A DNA stretch of 64,000 nt from assembly GCF_006345805.1 (NCBI RefSeq), contig NC_043006.1, positions 16,306,001 through 16,370,000 of the forward strand. Reading direction: 5' to 3'. This DNA is from Octopus sinensis (Eukaryota). The number at the start of each line of letters is the position of its first letter. Within the stretch, counting starts at the first letter, position 1. This document shows, in pieces, positions 13,490 through 25,904 of the stretch. The notes below the pieces were generated by a model. The model made no database searches, had not been told where the DNA came from, and saw only the letters and a program-made list of their open reading frames with translations. A program made the position numbers and the translations under genes.

Positions 13490-13790
13490 GCACCCTTATG
13501 TTGGGGCGAGGTCATTTGACCTTGTTATCTCCCCTACTATCCCTCTTGCGTCTAACATTTGATCTCTGACTTCTGGCCAAAATCAGACCGCCATGTTAAA
13601 TCGTTAGCTCCTGCACGCATTTTTTCTCTCCTTGTTTCTCTCCTTGTTTCTTTTCTGTGTATCTTTCTGTTAAAGAGCGTAGGCTCGAAACGTAAAAGAC
13701 CTGTTTTATTTCTATTCCTGAGCGCCATACAAATACAATTGTTTGTTTGTACTCCACCTGCCTTCGTCTTTTGTTTATTTTCGTAAAGCT
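13490..13790 (+). mobile_element. Probable PLE pseudo-LTR with hammerhead-like motif
   Basis: TCTTT-CTGTTAA-AGAGC-GTAG-GCTC-GAAA-CGTA-AAAGA at 13662-13698; related to the 55330-55545 repeat. Confidence 0.5.
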
Positions 13791-13804
13791 TCCCGTATCA
13801 TATA

Positions 13805-14312
13805 TCTATATATATAAAACTGTAGTTGTGTGAGTGTTTGTCCCCTTCGATTTAGATTCCTAACTACTCCCACATTTTGCGGTGCAGTACCAAATTCGGG
13901 TATCTTATAGTCGTGATTCATATCGAGCCCGTCTGGCTATTAGCGCGCGTCTACGATGAGTCTACGATTTTAAAAATAATTTAACATTTTTTATTCCATT
14001 TTAATGCATAATTTTTCGTGTGTCGATGGCGGCGGAGTTGGCGTCCATGCTCACACCAGCACCTGTGTTGCTTCTCCCCCTTCTTCCCTCCCTCGTGAAG
14101 CTGTGGGGAAGGGAGTGTAAGGAAATCAACGTCGTAAAGCGTTGTCAAGGAGACCAGCGTTCTTTTAGAACAACGACTTCATGGCTTGAAGACACCAAAA
14201 CAGAAATAGCTAAGAAAGCCCGAATTGGCATCTATAAGGGAAGTAACTCTCTAAAAATGCTTATATAGTTATTTCCCTTACAAACCCGAGCAACGCCAGG
14301 CGATACTGCTAG
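13805..14312 (+). mobile_element. Non-autonomous Helitron
   Basis: 5-prime TC, subterminal hairpin CCCGAGCAACGCC(A)GG, 3-prime CTAG, sits between A and T, no TSD. Confidence 0.85.
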
Positions 14313-14669
14313 TTATATATAAAGAAGTTAGACTGCGCGAGATCAGCGAACAAGGGGTATAACTTTTAATAAAATACAAAGTTGCGTCCCTTGCTAGTTT
14401 ATTTATTTCTTTTGTAATTTATAAGATGTTAAACTAATTGCTGGCAGAATCGTCTGTGCACCAGGCAAAATACTTGGCCGTATTTCGTCCATCCTTATGT
14501 TCTGAGATCAAATTCTGCCGCAGTCGACTTTGCCTTTCATTCTTTGGGAGTCGATTAAATAAATACGAGTTGAACATTGAGATCGATATAATCGACTTAT
14601 CCTATCCTCCGAAATTGTTGGCCTTTGTGCCAAAATTTCAAACCAATTTTTTAAATGTTTTAATAAAGT

Positions 14670-15125
14670 GGAGAGCTGGCCAAATTGTTAGCACGCCGGA
14701 AAAAGTACTTAACAGTGTTTCATCCGTCTTTACGTTCTGAGTTCAAATTCAACCGAGGTCGACTTTACCTGTCGCCCTTTCAGGCTCGATAACATAAGTA
14801 CCAGTTGGACACTGCAGTTGATATATATTTCTTTACTACCCACAAGGGGCTAAACACAGAGGGGACAAACAAGGACAGACAAACGGATTAAGTCGATTAT
14901 ATCGACCCCAGTGCGTAACTGGTACTTATTTAATCGACCCCGAAAGGATGAAAGGCAAAGTCGACCTCGGCGGAATTTGAACTCAGAACGTAACGGCAGA
15001 CGAAATACGGCTACGCATTTCGCCCGGCGTGCTAACGTTTCTGCCAGCTCGCCGCCTTATCCTGCAGTTGATATAATCGACTTAACCCCTTCCCCAAAAT
15101 TGCTGGCCTTGTGTCAAAATTTGAA
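14670..15125. mobile_element. Old A-prime SINE (+) with a young family A SINE (-) nested at 14826-15059
   Basis: TSD CTGCAGTTGATATA at 14812 and 15062. Confidence 0.88.
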
Positions 15126-15208
15126 ATCAAATATTTTAACAACATTTTGATTATAATTGTACATCCTTTTTTCTTTCTGGTTTGTTTTTGCTGGGTTTTG
15201 GGCTTTTT

Positions 15209-15616
15209 CTTTACTCTTTACTCTCTTTTACTTGTTTCAGTCATTTGACTGCGGCCATGCTGGAGCACCGCCTTTAGTCGATCAAATCGACCCCGGGACT
15301 TATTCTTTGTAAGCCCAGTACTTATTCTATCGGTCTCTTTTGCCGAACCGTTAAGTGACGGGGACGTAAACACACCAGCATCGGTTGTCAAGTAATGCTA
15401 GGGGGACACATAAACACACGCACACACACATATATATATATATACATATATACGACAGGCTTCTTTCAGTTTCCGTCTACCAAATCCACTCACAAGGCAT
15501 TGGTCGGCCCGGGGCTATAGCAGAAGACACTTGCCCAAGATGCCACGCAGTGGGACTGAACCCGCAACTATGTGGTTGGTTAGCAAGCTACTTACCACAC
15601 AGCCACTCCTGCGCCT
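15209..15616 (-). mobile_element. SINE family B, full length
   Basis: Reverse complement of the family B consensus. Confidence 0.9.
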
Positions 15617-16220
15617 TTGTTAAGTTTTTTGGGTCTTTTTGGGGTTTTTTTGCATCACAAGTTTTAATTGTTGTCAGCTTATAAACAAGCATTTTCCCCC
15701 TCTTTTTTCTTAATTCGACAGTGATATGAATATATTCATATCCTGTGCATAGCTAAGTGGTTTCATCCACAACCACGTGGTTGACGTTGCGATCTAACAA
15801 AGCGACTGTGTGGTTAGGTTAGGTTAGGATACCTCAAAGTATCTTACATAAAAGTCTTAGACTGGCCAGTACATAAGAGGAATCTTTTATTTATTTATGT
15901 TTATTTTAGTTCCAGTTTTATACAAGACAGTGAAGTCTTGTATAAAACAAATGGAGAACAGGACATTTTATTTTGAAAAGAAAAGAAAAAGAGAGAAAGC
16001 ATTAAATAAATAAAAAACAAAGAAAGAGAAAAGAAAGAGAAAAAAAAATATAATAAAATAGACTACACACTACTACACATTCACTCGTCAATCACTCATA
16101 AAATCTTAATGCGGTTCGACAAGAAACGTAAGAGAAATCTAGTTCGACGGAAACTATGCGGAAGCCCGTTGTACACCCACCCACGACCACCTGCACACTG
16201 CAAACTAGATTCCACTTACC

Positions 16221-16279
<59 letters not shown>

Positions 16280-16469
16280 TATGTGTGGATGTGCGCATAT
16301 ATGTATGTGTGTGTATGTGTATATATACATACACACACACACACACACATATATATATTTATGTATATATATGTATATATATGCATGCATATATAAATAT
16401 GTATATACATATACACATGCATACGTATACAGACATATACATGCATACACACACACACATATATATATA

Positions 16470-16869
16470 TCTTTATATATAAAAGTGAAGTTGTGTGTCT
16501 GTCTCCTACGATTTAGATTCCTAACTACTCCCACATTTTGCGGTGCAGTTTAACCAAAACCGGGTATCTTATAGTCGTGATTCACATCGAGCCCTTCTGG
16601 GTATTAGCGCGCGTCTACAATGAGTCTACGATTTTAAAAAAATTTACCATCATTTTTTTCCATCTTTAATGCATTTTTTCGCTATTATATAAGGGAAGTA
16701 ACTCTCTAAAAATGTCTACGATGAGTCAACGATTTAAAAAAACATTTACCATCATTTTTTTTTCCATTTTTAATGCATTTTTTTTGCTATTTTTTGGCTA
16801 TAACTCTCTAAAAATGCTTATATAGTTATTTCCCTTACAAACCCGAGCAACGCCGGGCGATACTGCTAG
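16470..16869 (+). mobile_element. Non-autonomous Helitron
   Basis: TC...CCCGAGCAACGCCGGG..CTAG|T; same family as 13805 and 22092. Confidence 0.88.
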
Positions 16870-17123
16870 TGGGAGATAAACATATTTAGGCTTGAGACAG
16901 ATTGCAAAAACACAGATTACAGAAAAAAAAAGAAAAAGAAGTATATAATATCTTACTTCGCCAGCTATTTCAAGATGAGCGTAACTTAAGTAATAACCAT
17001 ATTCATTAGTAATATGTGCATGACGTCATAGATGTGTGGTCAGTGACGTCATAGATGTGTGGTCAGTGACCAGTCCAGATGAAACGGTTAAAGTAAGTTA
17101 GGCCGTGTCTTCTAATATGGAAT

Positions 17124-17500
17124 GGAAGCACTCCGTCGGTTACGACGATGAGGGTTCCGGTTGATCCGAATCAACGGAACAGCCTGCTCGTGAAATTAAC
17201 ATGTAAGTGGCTGAGCACTCCACAGACACGTGTACCCTTAACGTAGTTCTCGGGGATATTCAGCGTGACACAGAGAGTGACAAGGCCGGCTCTTTGAAAT
17301 ACTGGTACAACAGAAACAGGAAGTAAGAGTGAGAGAAAGTTGTGGTGAAAGAGTACAGCAGGGATCACCACCATCCCCTGCCGGAGCCTCGTGGAGCTTT
17401 AGGTGTTTTCGCTCAATAAACACTCACAACGCCCGGTCTGGGAATCGAAACCGCGATCCTATGACCGCGAGTCCGCTGCCCTAACCACTGGGCCATTGCG
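17124..17500 (-). mobile_element. SINE family C, tail C1, inserted in an old family B copy
   Basis: C1 consensus; target repeat GTCTTCTAATATGG at 17107 and 17544. Confidence 0.88.
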
Positions 17501-18311
17501 CTTTGGTCAGCCTAAGGCTATATTAGAAGACCGCGATCCTATGGTCTTCTAATATGGCCTTAGGTTGATCAAAGCCTTGTGAGTGGATTTTATAGATAGA
17601 AATTGAATAAAGCACGTCGTGTGTATATATATACATATCATCGTGACCGACCAGGCTATCAGATGTTGCTACACATCGCTGGTCACAATGCGCTTCGCAT
17701 TGTTTTAGTCTTCGACAGAAGAAAGAGAGAAAGTTGTGGCGAATGAGTACAGCAGGGATCGCCACCACTCCCTGTCGGAGCCTCGTGGAGCTTTAGGCGT
17801 TTTCGCTCAATAAACACTCACAACGCTAGGTCTGGGAATCGAAACCGGGATCCTACAACCGCGAGTCCGCTGCCTTAACCACTGGGCCATTGCGCCTCCA
17901 CGCACATATGTGCGCGCGTGTGTGTGTGTGTGTGTGTGTGCGTGTATTCTTTTATTTTTTTCTTTATCCAGTCATTTGACTGTGGCTATACTGGAGCACA
18001 GCCTTTAATCGAACTAATCGACACCAAGATTTATTCTTTGTAAGCGTAGTACTTATTCTATCGGTCTCTTTTGCCAAATCGCTAAGTTACGGGGACGTAA
18101 ATACACCAACATCGGTTGTCAAGCGATGGGTGGGAGGACAAACACAGACACACAAACATATACACATACATACATACATACATACATACATGCATACATA
18201 CATACATACATACATACATACATTATTCTATTGACTCCGAAAGGACGAAAGGCAAAGTTGACCACAGCGTGATATGATCTCAGAACGTAAAGAGCTGGAA
18301 CAAATACAGCA

Positions 18312-18680
18312 GGAGGCGCTATGGCCCAATGGTTAGGGCAGCGAACTTGCGGTCGGAGGATCGCGGTTTCGATTCCCAGACCGGGCGTTGTGTGTGTTTA
18401 TTGAGCGAAAACACATAAAGCTCCACGAAGCTCCGGCAGGAGGTGGTGGCGACCCCTGTTGTACTCTTTCGCCCCGACTTTCTTTCACTCTTTCTTCCAG
18501 TTTCTTGTCCCCGACTCCCTACGCAACCGCTGAGTCTGGATGCGCATTCATCCATCCATCGATGCTCTCGGTGTCGGGGGTTGATCTGCTTTCTTTTCTG
18601 TGGGTCTTACGAATAGCAAAGGACCACGATTCGGACTTCTCCCAAGAGGACGAAGACCGCTTCGCTCAACAGCAACAGCA
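18312..18680 (+). mobile_element. SINE family C, tail C2
   Basis: Head and C2 tail ending in (CAG/CAA)n. Confidence 0.88.
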
Positions 18681-19127
18681 ACAAATACAGCAAATTTGCC
18701 AATGTGATGTTATGATTCTGCCAATGTTATGTTAGAGAATTGAAAATATTCTCACCCAACAATTATAGCCACTGGAAGCTACTTAGAGTTGCGTGATTCT
18801 TTGAATGAGTCGTTGTAGAAACCAAATCTGGTATTTCTACCACGTGATGTTTGCTGAAAATAACTGTCACAGATTTTGTTTTTTGTTTTTTTAATAACAT
18901 TTGGCCATTTTGCAGAATCTGGGAAGGACTAACCACAAGAGATGACTAATAGCATCATCAATGCAAGAGATGCACAGGGCGATGATGACGGAGGTTGACG
19001 ATTATCGTCATAACGATCATCATCATCATCAGATGGCTTGGGTGATGTTGATCATCTGATGATGTTAAGATGTTAAGACGATGGCCATAACGCTATGGCT
19101 ATTTTGATGAAAGTATTAGTGACAATG

Positions 19128-19390
19128 TGGAGGCGCGTGGCTTAGTGGTTAGGGTGTCAGCATCATGATCGTAAGATTGTGGTTTCGATTCCTGGACCGA
19201 CCGGGCGAGGCGTTGTGTTCTTGAGCAAAACACTTCATTTCACGTTGGTCCAGTCCACTCAGCTGGCAAAAATGAGTAACGCTGCGATGGACCGGCGTCC
19301 CGTCCAGCTGGGGAACACATACGCCATTGAAACCGGGAAACCGGACCCTTGAGCCTGGCTAGGCTTTAAAAAGGGCGCATTTATTTTTTA
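19128..19390 (+). mobile_element. SINE family D with TSD
   Basis: Matches 11601-11850; TAGTGACAATG on both flanks. Confidence 0.88.
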
Positions 19391-19699
19391 TTAGTAGTGA
19401 CAATGATAATTACGACGGTCAAAAATTTAGTCCGTTATTGTATTTTATTTTATTAGCAACAATAATAATTAGTATTGTTCTGTTGTCGTTGTTATTGTTT
19501 TGGATCAGCAACAGTAACAGCTACAATATCAGCAGCAACATTTTTACAACAAAGTCATGATAATAAAGATCAATCGTAAATTTGTGATGAAGGTTAAAGT
19601 CGATTTGAATTGAATGAGGACCGTTGAAGGGTTTATCAAAAGTGATGAATCTATAACTTTTGTTGTTGTTGTACTCTGTATTTTTTAAATGTTATTCGT

Positions 19700-20875
19700 A
19701 ACAATAGTTAGCACGCCGGGCAAAATTTCGTCCCCCTTTACGTCCTGAGTTCAAATACCGCCGGAGTCGACTTTGTCTTTCATCCTTTCGGCGTCTATGA
19801 AATAAGTACCAGTTGAACACTGGGGTCGATGTAATCGACTTGCTCCATCCCACGAAACTGCTGGCCTTGTGCCAAAATTTGAAACCAATATTATTATATT
19901 TAGGAAGTGTAAAGGGATTTTGTTAGGATATTTTGCTATTGATTTTAATTATCTCTTTTATGTAAATCTCCACTGTCTTTCGTATAGTCCTAAATGATTT
20001 TGCGGCCCTTGTGACCAATAAAATTTATGATATTATTAGTGGGGCTGAAATCGGAGAGCACCCAACTAAATACCAGCATCAGAAGAAATTTTTGTAGTAT
20101 TCCTTCTAGTTTTTTTATGTTCTGAATTCAAATGCTGTCGAGGTCGTCTTTTCCTTTTAGTCTTTCGGTGTCGATAAAATAAAGTACCGGTCCGGTACTG
20201 AGTCAGATGTAGTCAACGAGCCCCCCCTTCGCCAAACATTTCTGGTCTTGTTCCAAAATTTGAAAGAATCATGAAGCGGCGAGCTGACAGAATTGTCAGC
20301 GCAATAGACTAAATACTTAGCGGCGTTTCTTCCGGCACCTTACGTTCTGTGTGCAAATTCCGCCGAGATCGACTTTGCCTTTCATTCTTTCGGGATCGAT
20401 TAAATAAGGACCAGGTGAGCAGCGGGGTCGAGATAATCGATTACACCCCTTCCACCAAATTTCAGGTTTTGTGCCTATCGTAGAAAGGATTATTGTTATT
20501 ATTAAGGTGGCGAGCTGGCAGAATCGTTAGCACGCCGGGCGAAATGCGTAGCCGTATTTCGTTTGCCGTTACGTTCTGAGTTCAAATTCTGCCAAGGTCG
20601 ACATAGCCTTTCATCCTTTCGGGGTCGATTAAATAAGTACCAGTTACGTACTTTCCTTGTTTGACCTCTCTGTGTTTAGCCCCTTGTGGGTAGTAAAGAA
20701 ATAGGTATTTCTTCCGGCACCTTATGTTCTGAGTTCAAATTTCACCGAGGTTGGCTTTGCCTTTCATCCTTTCAGAGTCGAGAAAATATGTACCAGATGA
20801 GTACTGACAACGATGTAATCGACTTATTCCCTCCCACAAAACTGCCGGCCAAAACTTGAATCAAATTATTATTAA
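19700..20875 (+). mobile_element. Cluster of A-prime SINEs plus one young family A copy (about 20503-20707)
   Basis: Repeated TTCTGAGTTCAAAT..CTTTCATCCTTTCGG..AAGTACCAG cores; junction AAATAGG|TATTTC at about 20703. Confidence 0.8.
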
Positions 20876-21004
20876 TCCCATTATGGCAATCGACGTTACT
20901 TTTAAGAAGACAATATATTTGCAATACCAGAACTGTTAGCAATATCTTGGAAATTTGACTAGGCTCTAGAAGAATTCTGATCTATAGATATTAAATTCCA
21001 TAGA

Positions 21005-21455
21005 AACAGAATTGAAAACAATGTCTACGATGTGGAGAATATACCGCCAACTTTTCCCAAACGACCTGAACATAAGCTTCAAGGTTCATCCAAGACTGGG
21101 ACCACGGGCCATACGTCCCCTGCCCAATTCAAGATCACAGCATACTTATACACTACAACATAATTTCTTTTCCTCAACAGGCCCTGCCCTATTTAACATT
21201 GTCCCGAAAGAGATCAAAGAGGAACAGGATCCCATCAACTTTAAACGGAGTCTGGATAGATTCCTTCAAAGAATACCAGATAAGCCACCCATAATTGGAT
21301 ACAACTCACCCAACAAGAACTCACTACTTGAATGGACCATAAGCAAAACTTGACTGAAACAGGATTCAAATAATCCTATCAGGTGGTGCTATTAAGTTAG
21401 ACATGGCCTGGACCAATCATTGGTCGAAACACATCTAAGTTTTTCTAAGTTTATA
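21005..21455 (+). mobile_element. CR1/L2-group LINE 3-prime fragment
   Basis: GPALFNIVPKEI...FKRSLDRFLQRIPDKP...KNSLLEW C-terminus followed by a UTR and a CTAAGTTT tail. Confidence 0.8.
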
Positions 21456-22091
21456 TCAACGGGAAGCTATCGTCTGTCCTGTGCACGTCATCGTTAAATG
21501 ACGTCAATGGAATGCAAAAGTTAACTACTAAATATGTTCAACAAAACAGGCCTTGAAATCACTAAATCCCAAACTTAAAATATCGATTATATCACGTCTG
21601 AGCAGTTATAAAAATATGTCTTCAAGTTACTACCTTCCTACGTGACATGAGTGCTTGCTAAAAACAAAATACAATGCCTTTCCTATGAATGACTACGATG
21701 GGATAATAATAGAAAATACATTTAATGTTGAGTATATTCATATTTTCTAAAGCAAGGATTACCGATAGAATATTTCCATAGAATTTCAAATGTACACGGA
21801 GTTCAAACCGTTTTCTCGTGGTTATGAGCATAACTATTAAAACGAACGGTATAAATTCCGCTAAATGTAAACACAACATACATGATATAGAGAGTCAAGA
21901 CTATTGAAAAGGTTGCAAGACGCATCGAAAATTTTAGGAAAATAAAAATATGAAAAAAGTGGAAATTTTACCGGTGGAGTGTGTTACATTATAAGACACA
22001 AAAAGATGATGACTCTCCCCAGACACAACAGAATATGCTTCAACACACGAACTCAAATAAAGAATCTTGCAAACCAAATCCAAAAACGAAA

Positions 22092-22479
22092 TCTTTATAT
22101 ATAAAAGAGAGGTTGTGTGCTGTCTGTCTCCTACAATTTAGATTCCTAACTACTCCCACATTTTGCGGTGCAGTTTAACCAAAACCGGGTATCTTATAGT
22201 CGTGATTCATATCGAGCCCTTCTGGGTATTAGCGCGCGTCTACGATGAGTCTACGATTTTAAAAAAATTTACCATCAATTTTTCCCATTTTTAATCCATT
22301 TTTGGCATATATAAGGGAAGTAACTCTCTAAAAATTTATCATTAAATCTCAGAACGTAAAAAGCTACAGTAACACCACCACCACCCTTTGTGGTTAGCCA
22401 TATTATACTTTACATCTCTAAAAATGCTTATATAGTTATTTCCCTTATAAACCCGAGCAACGCCGGGCGATACTGCTAG
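22092..22479 (+). mobile_element. Non-autonomous Helitron
   Basis: TC start, hairpin, CTAG|T end. Confidence 0.88.
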
Positions 22480-22877
22480 TACATGATATAGTTGTTCGGA
22501 AAACATATACAACGTACTGTTATGAAAGTCAACTGCCCAGCAAATGGGAACGTTTCTTTTTTTTTTTTTTTCGTTGTTTCAACATCGTCAAGACCAGACA
22601 TGGAGTTAATCTCGGAAGCATTACGAATTCTCCACTCCCTGGGAGGACCGTACTGAGGAGACAAATGAGAGAAAGAGAATGAAATATGCTGAGCTGGTGG
22701 TCAAAGCAATGTATGGTAAGCATGTTGTGATCCCGTTGAGGTGAAATGCAGAGGGCTTGCAAGCCAGTCTCTCTGTATGTATGTATGTATGTATGTATGT
22801 ATGTATGTATGTATGTATGTATGTATGTATGTATGTATGTATGTATGTATGTATGTATGTATGCATGTATGTATATA

Positions 22878-22910
<33 letters not shown>

Positions 22911-22929
22911 TGTGACTTTAATTTGTGTA

Positions 22930-23195
22930 TTGCAGAGTCTACAGCGTGCTTAGCATTACAAGGACCAGTTGGCGGAAATCTAACATTTGGCTATGAGGCC
23001 AGAAGAGATTCCTTCAAGGTGGCTGTGGATTAGAAGGTGTGGGCCCTGAAATGGGTATTTCTACCAGGGTTAATGCGAACTGGACACAAGATGGGATTTG
23101 ATCGACCCTAACTGGGTCACCTGGATGAATGTGCCTGGTTGTTGATAGACCCGAAACACCCAATGACCTCAGGTGCATCACAGGATGGTGTATGT
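22930..23195 (+). mobile_element. REL-endonuclease LINE (HERO/NeSL-like) 3-prime end
   Basis: ...SRWLWIRR C-terminus; 3-prime UTR GACCCGAAACACCCAATGACCTCAGG. Confidence 0.6.
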
Positions 23196-23483
23196 AAAAT
23201 AAAATAAAACCAGAATATATATTTACTGTCCATCGATAATCATTGGAGCCCTTCATCGTGTTACTGAGTGTCCAAGTAGTAATCCTGAAAAGCTGTGGCT
23301 TTCAGGCAAAGAAATAGATGCACTTTGTAAATTCACTCTCTAACTTGAATGTGAAAATATGCATGAATTTTCTAAAATTCCACTAAAACGGCTTTTAGTC
23401 ATGTAAATTCCAGTGATGAAAATTTGATTCTCGGTTATAAAACAATCTCTTCTTTGTACACAGCTTTCTGAAAAACATAAAAA

Positions 23484-23919
23484 TCTATACATATAAAGCT
23501 GAAGTTGAATGTGTGTGGTAGGTTTGGTAGCCTTCAACTAACACTATCTCCTCCGAGACCCTGCAGCGCAAGTTGACCAAAATTGAGAGTATGATAGAAG
23601 AAGACTTGCTCGTCATTCGTAGAAGAAAATATTCAAATCGGATCATGTTAGGACCAAAACATTTTTACATCAAAAAGGTGCTTTTTTTCTATGAAAATCC
23701 CTATTTTTTACGATCTTTTGACTGCTGTGTCGCCATTCTTCGGTGTATTTCAACCAGAAAAATGTTCACTTAAAGAGAATAACAAGCTATATAATACAAA
23801 ATTTTTACTTTTGAAAAAAGATTGAAACTATATCAAAACTTTGTTAACGCGACATCAAAGTCTGCCGTTTTAAGCGCAACTAAAAAACAAACCCGAGCAA
23901 CGCCGGGCTATACTGCTAG
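23484..23919 (+). mobile_element. Non-autonomous Helitron, second family
   Basis: TC start, different interior, same 3-prime CCCGAGCAACGCCGGG..CTAG|T. Confidence 0.85.
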
Positions 23920-24225
23920 TATGTATCTAAGTATATACTTTCATACCTTTCAGATATATGTGATTCGTGACATATATCTAATAAAAACATTTTTTATTAA
24001 GCTCCAATATTCTTTTCACAAATATTCAAGTCAATATTAGTGTGTGAGCAATAGAGTCAGGAACATTAAAAGACACGAAACTACAACAGACCAATGGCTT
24101 TATGTTTTTTAATAATCTGAGAATCGTTTTTGTTGCGGTTGCCTTAAAATTGTCGTTTATCGTCAAAGGTGGATTTGTATCAGGAGCTCCGTGAGAATGT
24201 GCTTTTCTTTTTCCTTTTCAGAAGT

Positions 24226-24444
24226 CTCTCTTTACTCTCTTTTACTTGTTTCAGTCATTTGACTGCGGCCATGCTGGAGCACCACCTTTAATCGAGCAAC
24301 TCGACCCCGGGACTTATTCTTTTGTAAGCCCAGTACTTATTCTATCGGTCTCTTTTGCCGAACCGCTAAGTGACGGGGACGTAAACACATCAGCATCGGT
24401 TGTCAAGCAATACTAGGGGGACAAACACAGACACACAAACACAT

Positions 24445-24499
<55 letters not shown>

Positions 24500-24630
24500 T
24501 ACGACAGGCTTCTTTCAGTTTCCGTCTACCAAATCCACTCACAAGGCATTGGTCGGCCCGGGGCTATAGCAGAAGACACTTGCCCAAGATGCCACGCAGT
24601 GGGACTGAACCCGGAACCATGTGGCTGGTT
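24226..24630 (-). mobile_element. SINE family B, 5-prime clipped
   Basis: Family B consensus. Confidence 0.88.
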
Positions 24631-25327
24631 GTTTTTTTCTTTTTTTTTTATTGCTTTGTATTGTTTCTAAGCTGGCCAGAACCATAAGGGACTGATCAAT
24701 CGTTTTCTGTAACTCGTCCTAAGAGCAAAATTTTAAATGAAGATTTTCCTTCTTTTATTTTTCTTTTTCGAGACGTAAAAAAAATTTTCAATATGGCGTA
24801 ATCTTGTGGGGTTTGAAGAGGACATCGTCTTTCGCATTCACCTCCTACCACAAAATTCTTCGAGCGTAAATAAGAATGGCGGCAGCAGTATCAGTAGTGA
24901 CAACAGTAACAGCAGTAGCAACAACAGCAGCAAAAACAATATCAATAACAGCAGCAACAACAGCCGTCCAAGAATTTGGACCTGGAGATCTCCATTTCCA
25001 GCGACTTCGAGGGGTCACCTCCCAGAAGTGTCGGGCATCAACGAAGAGCCCTCGACTACAACAAGACGACCAAAGCTTTTTTTTTCCAAGGTCTGAGGTA
25101 TCTACCCCCTAAGCCCTAGACCATCACCTAATCACCCTTACTCGTCTTGTTGCTTAACAACACAACAATAACAGCAGCAACAACAATTATATATCGAGCA
25201 AAGAAGCTAAAAAATGTCACCAACAGCAGCGAATCGTGCACCGTTAATAACACTACTACCACCGTCCAAAATAAGGAGAAATAATAATAGCGACAGCAAT
25301 GGATCTAACATTATCAAATACAGTAAA

Positions 25328-25364
<37 letters not shown>

Positions 25365-25429
25365 TAATAATAATAATAATAATAATAATATGTCCCTTAG
25401 TGGCTGACGATATGTGCATCTCTGATCAC

Positions 25430-25777
25430 GAGCAGAAGTAGTGGGGGAGCATCATAGCCATGTGTTGAGAGGAATTCTTTGGGGTTTGAATAATTCACCT
25501 CTGGAAACATGGGTGGTTCTTTCAACATCCTTAAACAACCCTTATTCAGGGACCTTTTGAGCGGGATGGGCTACTCAACCTGAAGAAAATTCTAACTGGG
25601 CCCCACCTGCAAGGTCATGTGCTGTTTATCTTGATATGAGATCACCATGTCGCGCACATATGGTTGTGATGCATGTGCCTGGTGTACCCTTATCAGACGG
25701 GTAGTCATGATGGGTATATTGGGCTTCGTATATTTTACCTCAGTGTCACTTTGATGGCATGCACTGTTCTCTCACTC

Positions 25778-25809
<32 letters not shown>

Positions 25810-25810
25810 T
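25430..25810 (+). mobile_element. Interspersed repeat family F with (AAT)n tail
   Basis: Homologous to 48620-48915 (CCTTAAACAACCCTTATTCA...CCTTATCAGACG.GTAGTCATGATGGGTATA). Confidence 0.7.
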
Positions 25811-25904
25811 AATAATTTCTTTTGTTGCGATCACAAATGTTTTCGATATCATATCTTAAAGAACGAGCAATAAGCATTTGATATAGGTAGAGAAACATAT
25901 AAAC

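Noticed and set aside
17021-17070. 23-bp tandem repeat with two TGACGTCA (CRE) palindromes
   Set aside because: Simple local slippage duplication with no promoter context
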